From positions 1 to 55,295 of the forward strand of contig JAJRTL010000129.1 of the NCBI GenBank assembly GCA_024278315.1: DNA of 55,295 nt. Reading direction: 5' to 3'. The notes beneath the pieces were generated by a model, which was not told where the DNA came from, ran no database searches, and saw only the letters and a program-made list of their open reading frames with translations. The stretch is from Planctomycetota bacterium (lineage in GTDB: Bacteria > Planctomycetota > UBA1135 > GCA-002748355). Position numbers and translations under genes: made by a program. Shown one piece after another: positions 17,603 through 26,219 of this stretch; the stretch's first letter is position 1, and each line of letters opens with the position of its first letter.

Positions 17603-20392
17603 GTGAGAATCCACTTCGCGATCCTGACGCACAACGCGCTTGCCTATTCGCAGCGCTGTATCGAGAGTGTCCGGGCTCACACATCGCTTCCGTTCGATGT
17701 ACAGATTCTGGACAATGCCTCTTCGGACGGAACACAGGCCTGGTTGGCGGCGATCAACGACTCGCGGATCCACGTGCATGGCTCCTCGGTGAATCTTGGT
17801 GTTCCCGGGGGGAGGAACGAACTCTTGCGTCTGGTCCTGCCCAGGGCGCAGGACGAGGACTTCGTGATCTTCCTGGACAACGACATCGAGCTCCATGAGG
17901 GTTGGCATCAGCCCTTCGAGCGCGTCTTCGAGGCTCATCCGCGAGCTGGCATGGCCAGCAAGGTCGGGTATGCCATGCAGGTTCGTGGGGATACGCGGGA
18001 TCCACAGGCCCTTCCCTGGGAGACCGGCCGTGTGGACATCGTGGCCGGTGGTTTTGCTTGTTGGGCCAGAGTCGAGGCCATTCGCGAGGTGGGGACACTG
18101 GATGAGAATCTGGGGCTCTTCTGGCATGAGGACGACGACTGGGCGGTGCGGTTCACGGCGCATGGATGGTCGATCTGGTCTGTGCCCGAGGCCCCGATGA
18201 CCCATCACGAACACGCATCCGGTGTCGCCTGGCCGAGCCTCGAGAACGGTGATTCATGTCGGAACCTGGCCTACTTGACCGCGAAGTGGCGGGAGTTGGG
18301 ATACCTGGATGACGAGGGATGGATCCGGGATCGAGATCGGCTCTTCTATCCTTCACTCGAAGTGCGTGCGGAGATCCGGACAAGGCTGGGGAGGGTAGAG
18401 CCCTTGAGCCGCGGCGAGTATGCGGAAGCCTTCTGGGATCTTCATGCACTTCTGGCTACTGTACGACAAGGCCGCGTGTTCCCCCGCCCCATCTCACCCT
18501 GCCTGACCGTTCTCTTGGAGCTCCTCTGCGAGAATCGACTCTTCGATGCCTCACCCGAGATCCTTGCCCTCTACGAGTCTCTCTCCCAGAGCTTGGAGGA
18601 CATGCGTGCGCTGAGGACCCAGATTCTGGTTGAGCCTGTAGACAACGACGGGAAACGAAGACCAGCACATGGTCTTGCTCGCAGTGGATCCTGGGAGGAC
18701 CCTGACTGGTTTCAGGCCTTCCGTGCATTGAAAGGACTGGGTTCGAGTGCCGACTGGTATGGCCGCAGCTCTCTCGACTGGGCGGAGACTTCGCTCCTCC
18801 TCGCACTCGCTGAACCTGGGGCGCTCGCCGAAGGCAGCCGAGGATTGATACTGGATCCAAGAGACGTATCACTGTCCTTGGCTCTCGTCGAGGAAGGCTG
18901 CGATCTGCTGCTCAGCGGACACTTCGATATGGTGAGTGAGGCGCGAGGTGAGTTGCCAGCGGAATTTCTGGATCAGCCGGGACGATGGTTGGGTGGAAAG
19001 GCTGGCGCGATACGAGTGTGTCAGCGCAGAGACTTGGACGTGGACTCTCGCTTCGACTTCGTCGTCGCCAGATTGGGTCTCGTTACGGATTCCGAGGATC
19101 CGACGCTCCGGCAAATCCTGGCCGAAATGGCGGAGAGGTTGGCCCCGGGTGGGCAGCTCGGTCTGATCGTCGAATGTCTGGTGGGGCAGGATGGGCAAAC
19201 CGCCTTTTCACCTGAAACGTCGATTCACGGTCTCGTGGTAAGGCCAGACTTCCAGACCCGAACCGACGCAGGGGCTCTCACGTCGATCGGCGCACCCATC
19301 CCAGAAGGCAGGGCGCCGGATCTCTGCAGGTCCCAGGGCAAAGTCTTCCAGACCCATGCACTCCTGCTCTATGAGAAGCCTGCCGTCCTAGCTCCTGCCG
19401 TCCCTGTGACGATTCCGGAGCGAGATTGCGAAGTCCTCGTGGACCTTAGAGGGATGGACTGGACCAAAGGCATGGTGGACGCGACCCGAGAGGGTTGTGC
19501 GCAGATCGAGATCGCCTTGCGGTCTCCCCTGCGCCCTCGTGTCACCTTCTTGGGTGACGGGATGTGTCCGCCGCCCCTCCTGCATCTGCTCAATCATCCA
19601 GGTGTGCAGTACCGCGATTCGCTTCGGGACTCCTGTCGTTCTCCGGATCTCGTCCAGTATCTCGAGGGGCTTCGCAGTGTCCCGCCCTGTCGGATGACCG
19701 AATGGGGCGAACGAGCGGTTCTGGGTTGGCTCAGCTCTCCACCTCGGGACGGACTTCGACGAGGGCAGGACAGCAGACTTGAGATGGCCTACCTGCACTT
19801 CCTGCAACGAGAGGCGATGGGGATCGTCGTGCCCGGCTCCGACTCGTCGTCATGGCCTGACGGGGGAATGGGCCTCGCTCGGGAGCGGTTACGTTTCGTT
19901 CAGGCAAGTCGTGCCACGCTGCAGCCGAGTCCGGTATCCGTGCCGGAAGCCCTGGCCATCGTTGGAATGGGCGATCGCTATGTCCTTCTCGAAGGCAGCA
20001 TTGGAGCTCGCGAGCAACTGACAACGATCCTGGATCTGCTCGAGGAGGAAGTGGCAGGCGGAGATCTGGAAGTGCTCGCCTTTGGTCGGGAGTTTCTTGG
20101 ATTCGAGACACTCAAAGGGGCGGGTCGCCATCCGGTCCTGGACCGGATGCGATTCGTGGCACATCTGCCGGAACCGCTGCGGAGACCTCTTTTCGAGGGC
20201 GCCAGCTTCCTCATCGACGCAAGACATCCTGGAGAATCCCGACTGGCTGCCACGGAGGCTTTCGAGGTCGACCTGCGTGTGAGCGCTTGTTGCATGGGCG
20301 ATTCTCAGACCCTCCGCTCTACAGGGATGGCACCAGTTCCTTGCTGGAGATCTGGCGTCAGACGCATCGAGGTCATGAATCGTTCGGGCTAA
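17603..20392 (+). CDS. GT2 glycosyltransferase fused to degenerate methyltransferase-like and GT4-like domains; C-terminus probably truncated by an IS-end remnant
   Basis: GTG start; ILTHN, LDNASSDG, FLDND, WHEDDDW (GT2); LAPGGQL (MT-like); degenerate GT4 segment. The last codons (EVMNRSG*) lie inside the dispersed repeat. Confidence 0.8.
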   Translation: MRIHFAILTHNALAYSQRCIESVRAHTSLPFDVQILDNASSDGTQAWLAAINDSRIHVHGSSVNLGVPGGRNELLRLVLPRAQDEDFVIFLDNDIELHEGWHQPFERVFEAHPRAGMASKVGYAMQVRGDTRDPQALPWETGRVDIVAGGFACWARVEAIREVGTLDENLGLFWHEDDDWAVRFTAHGWSIWSVPEAPMTHHEHASGVAWPSLENGDSCRNLAYLTAKWRELGYLDDEGWIRDRDRLFYPSLEVRAEIRTRLGRVEPLSRGEYAEAFWDLHALLATVRQGRVFPRPISPCLTVLLELLCENRLFDASPEILALYESLSQSLEDMRALRTQILVEPVDNDGKRRPAHGLARSGSWEDPDWFQAFRALKGLGSSADWYGRSSLDWAETSLLLALAEPGALAEGSRGLILDPRDVSLSLALVEEGCDLLLSGHFDMVSEARGELPAEFLDQPGRWLGGKAGAIRVCQRRDLDVDSRFDFVVARLGLVTDSEDPTLRQILAEMAERLAPGGQLGLIVECLVGQDGQTAFSPETSIHGLVVRPDFQTRTDAGALTSIGAPIPEGRAPDLCRSQGKVFQTHALLLYEKPAVLAPAVPVTIPERDCEVLVDLRGMDWTKGMVDATREGCAQIEIALRSPLRPRVTFLGDGMCPPPLLHLLNHPGVQYRDSLRDSCRSPDLVQYLEGLRSVPPCRMTEWGERAVLGWLSSPPRDGLRRGQDSRLEMAYLHFLQREAMGIVVPGSDSSSWPDGGMGLARERLRFVQASRATLQPSPVSVPEALAIVGMGDRYVLLEGSIGAREQLTTILDLLEEEVAGGDLEVLAFGREFLGFETLKGAGRHPVLDRMRFVAHLPEPLRRPLFEGASFLIDARHPGESRLAATEAFEVDLRVSACCMGDSQTLRSTGMAPVPCWRSGVRRIEVMNRSG
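20356..20392 (+). repeat. Dispersed transposon-end-like repeat, copy 1
   Basis: CGTCAGACGCATCGAGGTCATGAATCGTTCGGG|CTAA; 33/37 identical to 26061-26097. Its last 24 nt are the exact reverse complement of 43269-43292. Confidence 0.85.
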
Positions 20393-20401
20393 GGGAGGGC
20401 A

Positions 20402-20743
20402 TTGGCCAGAACGACTCTGCCACTGACAGACCGGTTGGAGGTCTCGGGGCAGGTCCCATCGGTTGCGAGATGGCGCAGGCTGATACCCTGGTGCACGTAC
20501 ACGGATCCGGAGTTGGCGCATGTGGGGATGACCCAGGAAGAGGCCGAGAAGTCAGGGACGCCTTTCGAGACCATGGATCTCCCCTGGTCGGATCTGGATC
20601 GACACGTCCTGGAATTGGGCGATGAAGCCCATTTCCACCTCATTCTGAGTCCTCGCAAGGGTCGGATTCTCGGGGCGACCCTCGTGGGGCCGAACGCAGG
20701 AGGCTCTCTCCCCGGATCGAGAAGCTCTTCGGAGCTTGGATGA
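20402..20743 (+). pseudogene. Remnant of a flavoprotein disulfide reductase (dihydrolipoamide dehydrogenase / mercuric reductase-like)
   Basis: GAGPIGCEMAQA (NAD-binding, 20446-20481) in one frame abuts IPWCTYTDPELAHVG...GRILGATLVGPNAG (dimerisation domain) in another. The FAD-binding N-terminus, the middle and the C-terminus are missing. Confidence 0.85.
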
Positions 20744-20767
20744 AGATCCGAAGGTAGAAGTGGTGCC

Positions 20768-22195
20768 TCAGGCCGCCAGCGGGCGGGGTGACAAGGCGCG
20801 GCTGACCCGGAGTTGGCTCGTCGTGAGCGCGATCCAGAAGAGCCAGCAGAAGTAGAGCTGATAGGAGACGCGTTCTGCTGCGGTCACGAGGAGCCATTGG
20901 ACATCGACCGGCGATGCAATTAGGACACCGAGGACTCCGATCATGGCGATGCACAGGGTCATTGCCGGCAAGGCCAGACTGGCTCTGCCGAACACGTCCC
21001 GGCGAAGCGATATCATGAGCATGAGCATGAGGGGGAAGAGGAAGTTCGAGTGCGCGGGCTTGAAGAACACTTGACTGGAGAAGTAGGCGAGCACCTTGGG
21101 GCCGTTGTCGGCGAGGTTGCCATAGAGCAGCGTCAGGAGACTTACTTCTTCATGCTTGCTGAACGTTGACGTGATGCCGAAGTATCGGTTGAATCCGTGG
21201 TGAAGGATGAGGATGAAGAGGGGAATGAACGCCCATGCATAGCTGCGCTTCCATCGGAGTGCTGCACGGAATCTTCTGGGTCGTAGTGCACTCCACAGGA
21301 TGAGGGCTCCGAGGAACGAGAGCAGGTAGAGCAGACTCTCGTTCTTGGACCAGAGCATGAAGGCGACGCCAATGAAGGCGAGCCGTGTCCAGGCTGGCTC
21401 ACGGGTACTGTGCCCTCGGATGGCATACACGAAGGCGATCAGTGCTCCGAGGCCTACCATGAAATCCGCATCCCCGGTGCGTGCCTGGATCTGGCTCCAT
21501 CCCGGCGCCACCGCGAGGCAGAGGAAGAGTGCCGCAGCAGAAGGTCGCAAGAGTCTGTAGAGCGCTCCTGCGAGGATCAGGACCCCTGCCAGGCTGAAGA
21601 GCTGGATCGGTAGGCGATTGGCCACGCGAAGGAACTCGTCGCCATGGGCATGGACCCAGATCTGCAGGAGGGGATTCAGGAGTGGATAGTCCTTGTGGTA
21701 GACCGAAGCGGGATCTGCCATCGCGGCTCGCCAGGTTTCGGTGAATCCACCTGACTCCCAGAGGATCTGGGTCTTCATGGCCCAGTGGTCTGCCTCGTCC
21801 CCGATGAGCACCGGGAAGAGGGAGGCGTCGATGATCCTCATACAGACAAGGAGCAACAAGAGGGCGAGGACGGTTCCGAACAGGACATTCTCTGCGGTCG
21901 AAACCTGTCGTGGTTTGGGCGGTGTGGCCGCAGGGATGAATCCCCTCCCCAACCCTCCACATAGGAGTGCCAGACCCAATGCGGAGAGTTCCAGCGGGAC
22001 AGGTGAAGCTGGGAGGGAGCCAGAGAGAAGCCAGAGGAAGACGAGGAGTGCCGTTGCGAAGGCCCCCAGAACCCAGCTGAGACCCAGGTAGGCGAGAGGG
22101 TCACTCTTGACCTGGATTCCGAGGAGGCGCAGGGTTCCCATCCCCAAGAAGAGGGGAATGAGCAATACGCGCAGCAGTTCGAAGGGAGTCAGCAT
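20768..22195 (-). CDS. Polytopic membrane protein, putative GT-C (PMT/ArnT-like) glycosyltransferase
   Basis: About 12 hydrophobic segments; acidic loop GDEADHWAMK, HKDYPLL, WSKNE. Confidence 0.65.
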   Translation of the reverse strand: MLTPFELLRVLLIPLFLGMGTLRLLGIQVKSDPLAYLGLSWVLGAFATALLVFLWLLSGSLPASPVPLELSALGLALLCGGLGRGFIPAATPPKPRQVSTAENVLFGTVLALLLLLVCMRIIDASLFPVLIGDEADHWAMKTQILWESGGFTETWRAAMADPASVYHKDYPLLNPLLQIWVHAHGDEFLRVANRLPIQLFSLAGVLILAGALYRLLRPSAAALFLCLAVAPGWSQIQARTGDADFMVGLGALIAFVYAIRGHSTREPAWTRLAFIGVAFMLWSKNESLLYLLSFLGALILWSALRPRRFRAALRWKRSYAWAFIPLFILILHHGFNRYFGITSTFSKHEEVSLLTLLYGNLADNGPKVLAYFSSQVFFKPAHSNFLFPLMLMLMISLRRDVFGRASLALPAMTLCIAMIGVLGVLIASPVDVQWLLVTAAERVSYQLYFCWLFWIALTTSQLRVSRALSPRPLAA

Positions 22196-22695
22196 CAGTC
22201 CTGCTCCGACCGAAGTCGCCAGATGTGGATACTCCGTCCGCTATGGATGAGCGCGCAGGTACCCTCCAACGCCACTCTCTCGGTGCGGTCGAATTCGACC
22301 AGATACACGGGCTTCCCGAGTGCATTCGCCTTCTGTCTCCAGTCCTCGGGAAGACGGTCGAGCCGCCAGATTGTGCGGGGATGGAGCAAGATCCTTAGAT
22401 GGGATTGTGCCGCCAGGGTACGCAGTGGATCCGAGCCGAGTAGGAATACCTGGGCATCCTCCTCGCTATGGCTGCGGAGAGACCGGTAGAGTTCGAACTC
22501 CCTCCCCTCGGGTCCGGACAGCTTCCGCTCGCAGAGTGCAAGTCCTCGTGCGATCCTGTCCTCTTCACCCAATGTGATCGATTCCCCGAGACCGACTGGA
22601 TCCAAGGCTCCCAACTCCTTGCCGAGCGAGATGAGTGAGTTCGTCCCCGTAACGAACAGGACGGACAGCAGAAGAAAACCAGTGAGTCGATTCAA
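22195..22695 (-). CDS. Membrane-anchored hypothetical protein
   Basis: N-terminal hydrophobic helix; stop overlaps the start of the downstream gene at 22195. Confidence 0.65.
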   Translation of the reverse strand: MNRLTGFLLLSVLFVTGTNSLISLGKELGALDPVGLGESITLGEEDRIARGLALCERKLSGPEGREFELYRSLRSHSEEDAQVFLLGSDPLRTLAAQSHLRILLHPRTIWRLDRLPEDWRQKANALGKPVYLVEFDRTERVALEGTCALIHSGRSIHIWRLRSEQD

Positions 22696-22863
22696 TGTGT
22701 TGCAGGAAGCACAGGTGACGAGTGGGCTCGAGGGCTCATGCTTGCCCCCTGCAAGTATATATCGCCTACGATGACTCCATGCGGTGCTCGGTGTCAGTCA
22801 ACGATTCTCCCGATACCACGGAGGGTCTGAATCAGACAATTCGGAAGACCAACGACAATCTGG

Positions 22864-23703
22864 CTACCAGGAGAACCCTGCGAAGATCGTGGCCTGCACA
22901 TAGTTGGATCCCATGCTGTTGGGACCCAGCTGGTAGTTGCTCGCCAGCATTCCACGCAGATCGATGCCCATGACCAGGTAGGTGCCCAGGGGCACGAAGG
23001 CCCCCGTGTGGAGATAGGCGCCGATCACCTGGTCTTCGTACCCTTGAGCGCCCCCCGTGCCATTCTGGAGTTCTGCATCCATCCAGTTCAACGAGAGTCC
23101 GCCACCAACGTACATGTGCGTCGCGAAGAAGTTGATGTCCCAGCTCTGCCGGAGTCCCAGGTAGATCTCGAAGGACTCGTATTGCTCGCGGACGCCCGCA
23201 GTCGTGTCCTCGTCTTCTTTCTTGGCGTATTGGAATCCAAACTCGACTTGCAGTGGAAACTCTTTGACGAACTCGTACATCACCTCGAATCCACCGATGG
23301 TCGGTTCCTCGATCGGTTTCCAGGACTTCGTGTCTTCCAGGAATCTGCGTCCGAAGTGGAACCAGATGGAGCCATGCACCTCCAGGCTGTCGTTGCGCTG
23401 GAGGGACAGCGTGAGCGACTCGGGATCCAGGAACGCATCGTCGAAGGGAGCACCTATTCGTGGCCCAAAGGCCATGAGTTCCTCTGGCGATCCACTTCTG
23501 GTCTCCCAGAGAGGAAGAGTGGCGGGTTTGGTGGAAGTCTTCCTGGAGGTCGACGGAGCTGCGTCGAGGAAGGCACCACTCTTGACCCTCGCGTACGCGG
23601 ACGTACAGGATGATGCCAGGGTCAATGCCAGCAAGAGGCTCAGGATCGAAAGAAGGGAGGCGTTTGCCTGCCTGCGACAGGTTTCGGGTCGGTGCGACAT
23701 CAT
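22864..23703 (-). CDS. Outer-membrane beta-barrel protein (OmpA/OmpW-like C-terminal barrel)
   Basis: Signal/lipobox-like LTLASSC, amphipathic strands (YVGGGLS, IGAYLHTG, MGIDLR) and C-terminal beta-signal FAGFSW. Confidence 0.7.
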   Translation of the reverse strand: MMSHRPETCRRQANASLLSILSLLLALTLASSCTSAYARVKSGAFLDAAPSTSRKTSTKPATLPLWETRSGSPEELMAFGPRIGAPFDDAFLDPESLTLSLQRNDSLEVHGSIWFHFGRRFLEDTKSWKPIEEPTIGGFEVMYEFVKEFPLQVEFGFQYAKKEDEDTTAGVREQYESFEIYLGLRQSWDINFFATHMYVGGGLSLNWMDAELQNGTGGAQGYEDQVIGAYLHTGAFVPLGTYLVMGIDLRGMLASNYQLGPNSMGSNYVQATIFAGFSW

Positions 23704-23855
23704 TGGACACGAGTGTAGCCTTTGGACAATCTGCGTCCAACCATGTGAGTTCTTGAGGATGGAGCAACAGGCTATAGGATCTCCTCAGGAAACCGTACCA
23801 GCCCATGCGGCGCTCACCCAGGATGGGTCTGAAGCAGAGGGTAGGGCCCGACCGT

Positions 23856-24935
23856 ATGAATATGAGTGGAGATCTGGGTATCGATCTACCGCCGGAAGGT
23901 GGGGGACTGGAGAACGTGGAGACCCTCCACCGCAGTGCCAAGGGACTCTGGCACATTGTCCCCGTATTGCTCCTCATCTCCTTCGGCCTCAATATCGCAG
24001 CTCTGTTCCTGCCCTTCCTTGTGCTCAACATCCTGTTGAGGCCGAGCGTCCTGGGATTGCCCGGGACGGTGCAGATGCTCTGGGAGGCCAAGCTCTATGT
24101 CGTGGCCCTGCTGGTGGCTGCTTTCTCCCTCGTTTTTCCCTTCTTCAAGCTCTTGACCCTGGCCTGGATCTGGTATCTGGAGAAGAACCCGAGGCGGAGA
24201 CGCAAGACGCTTTCCTTCGTCCATGCCTTTGGCAAGTGGTCCATGCTGGACGTCTTCGTTGTGGTTCTGGTGCTCGTTATCACCGACGATCAGCGATTCA
24301 TCAACGCACGGATCCAGTACGGGCTCTTCCTCTTCATTCTCGCAATTGCTCTCAGCATGACAGCGGCGCTGCTCACGGAGACGCTTCAGAGGAGGCTCGA
24401 GCCAGAGCCCTCCTCGTCCCTGGAAGTGATCCGTGAGCCGGCTCTCATCGCGAGTCTTCGTCACCCATTTCTCATCGTGATCTTCATGTTGCTGGGGCTC
24501 TTCGCGTTTCTCGCAGCCATCGGCCTTCCCTTTCTCCAAGTGGATCAGGTCCTCCTGAAGGACAAGGCCTACAGCGTTCTCGATACTGTCCAGACTCTCT
24601 GGATTCGAGGTACTCCTGGGCTCTCGGTCTTCGTTGCCTTGACCCTGGTTGCTTTTGTTCTCCTGGGCTATCTGGGGCGCGCGGGGTTCCTCCTGTTGCC
24701 CATGAAGGTGCGTCATCGCAACCGATTGCTGCATGTCCTGCAGGAGGTCGAAGCTTGGATCATGCTTGATGTCTTCGTCTTGGCGCTCGTCGTCTTTCTG
24801 ATCGAGGGGCACCATATCGTGGCAACCAAGGTGCAGCGGGGTGCATTCTACCTGCCCACATTCTTGTTCCTTGCCTACCTCCTCTACGGGGTAGCGCGGA
24901 TGCTGGACAAGCAAAACCGTCGACCCGGAGATTGA
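23856..24935 (+). CDS. pqiA: Paraquat-inducible protein A family (two PqiA domains)
   Basis: GKWSMLDVF and AWIMLDVF repeats, FSLVFPFFK, about 8 TM helices. Confidence 0.8.
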   Translation: MNMSGDLGIDLPPEGGGLENVETLHRSAKGLWHIVPVLLLISFGLNIAALFLPFLVLNILLRPSVLGLPGTVQMLWEAKLYVVALLVAAFSLVFPFFKLLTLAWIWYLEKNPRRRRKTLSFVHAFGKWSMLDVFVVVLVLVITDDQRFINARIQYGLFLFILAIALSMTAALLTETLQRRLEPEPSSSLEVIREPALIASLRHPFLIVIFMLLGLFAFLAAIGLPFLQVDQVLLKDKAYSVLDTVQTLWIRGTPGLSVFVALTLVAFVLLGYLGRAGFLLLPMKVRHRNRLLHVLQEVEAWIMLDVFVLALVVFLIEGHHIVATKVQRGAFYLPTFLFLAYLLYGVARMLDKQNRRPGD

Positions 24936-24976
24936 ACCGGGCAGGGAGTTCGTGGGGCCGGTTCAGGCCTTGTTTC

Positions 24977-25921
24977 CTACCTGGAGGACTTGCGGCCAAT
25001 CCGATCAAGAACCAGATCTTCGCTCTTCCACGTGCTCTCTGGGATTTGGACGTTGATGGCGACATCCTGCAGGAGCAGCGTTCCTTTCCCATGGACCTGG
25101 CTTCGTTTCAGCGAGAGAAAGAGTGGACCTACCTTCTTGTAGTCTTCGAAGAACCAGCTGATGGGCTTCTTCATCGAGGTTTGATAGTAGTCCCACCGAT
25201 GGATCTTGCCTGTCTTCTCTTGGATCCACACGACGTACTCGTTCTTGGGCGTTTCTCCCACGTTCTCGAAGCTCATATGAAGGCGAATCATCCCTGGATC
25301 GGGTTTCTTTTCACCCATCCAACCCTCGTCGAGCCCCATCACCCTCAGTTTGGTCCCGGGGTCCAGGAGCTTGAGAGCGAAGAGTAGCCAGTAAGTGTCA
25401 TTGACCCATGTCGCTCGCGCGATCGTCGTCGTGGTCTTCGTCTGCTTCCCTCCGATCCAGCCTCTGTCCTTCTTCGTTTCGTAGTACATGACCTGGCTCT
25501 TGGAGCCTTCGGGGTCGACACGAGTGACCTTGCCGTAGGGCTCGATGCGTACTCTCCCGCTCTTGCGATCCCAAAGGACACGACGCCCACCAAAGAACGT
25601 GAATACGATGTTCTGGACCTTCGCCCAGCCTTGCTCTCCGCCAGCGTAGGCTTTGGCTTTCTGGGCGAGTGAAAGAGCCTCGGGGCTGCCTTGAACCGCG
25701 GGCGCTCGTACCCCTTTTGCTGGGTGGGTCGTGGGGCGGGTCGCCGGGCGGGTGGATGGTTCGTCGACAGCCCTCTCTGTCGATTTCTTGGAAGCCTCTT
25801 GTTGCTTGCGAGATTGCTTGCCAGATTGCGTGGCCGATTGCGTGGCAGGGGATGGCTCGTCGGGATGCTGGCTACCTATGAGCCCCACAAGAACGAAGAG
25901 GATCGATAGGAAGGAGATCAT
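24977..25921 (-). CDS. Secreted hypothetical protein with low-complexity linker
   Basis: N-terminal hydrophobic segment MISFLSILFVLVGLIG, Q/S/T/P-rich linker, then a globular part (WVNDTYWL, VGETPKNEY). Confidence 0.75.
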   Translation of the reverse strand: MISFLSILFVLVGLIGSQHPDEPSPATQSATQSGKQSRKQQEASKKSTERAVDEPSTRPATRPTTHPAKGVRAPAVQGSPEALSLAQKAKAYAGGEQGWAKVQNIVFTFFGGRRVLWDRKSGRVRIEPYGKVTRVDPEGSKSQVMYYETKKDRGWIGGKQTKTTTTIARATWVNDTYWLLFALKLLDPGTKLRVMGLDEGWMGEKKPDPGMIRLHMSFENVGETPKNEYVVWIQEKTGKIHRWDYYQTSMKKPISWFFEDYKKVGPLFLSLKRSQVHGKGTLLLQDVAINVQIPESTWKSEDLVLDRIGRKSSR

Positions 25922-26060
25922 GGTGTTCAGTGCTTTTTCATGACTGATAGGACACAAAAGGGGTGGGGCATTCTCCCCCATGTTCTGGCCTGGTCAATGC
26001 CACATGTCGCTTTTCCAGCGTGCCTTGTCGTCCGTGTTTTCCTTCTGGACCGACAGGCGC

Positions 26061-26097
26061 CGTCAGACGCATCGAGGTCATGAATAGTTTGGGTTAG
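26061..26097 (+). repeat. Dispersed transposon-end-like repeat, copy 2
   Basis: CGTCAGACGCATCGAGGTCATGAATAGTTTGGG|TTAG; first 25 nt identical to copy 1. Confidence 0.85.
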
Positions 26098-26219
26098 GGG
26101 ATGGAGGTGCTTCCCACAGCCCTGCCTTTCCGTCTAGAATCCGCATGGGCCGTGGCTTCTGGGATCTCCGATACCCATGTCTCTTCCATCATCCTGTTGA
26201 GCATTTGCAGCAGGTGGTC

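Noticed and set aside
25802-25849. Degenerate 12-bp tandem repeat (4 units); also the KKGP repeat near 51897
   Set aside because: Ordinary low-complexity linker coding sequence.
20356-26097. The repeat pair as a CRISPR array or prophage att sites
   Set aside because: The copies are 5.7 kb apart with no spacers, cas, integrase or phage genes.
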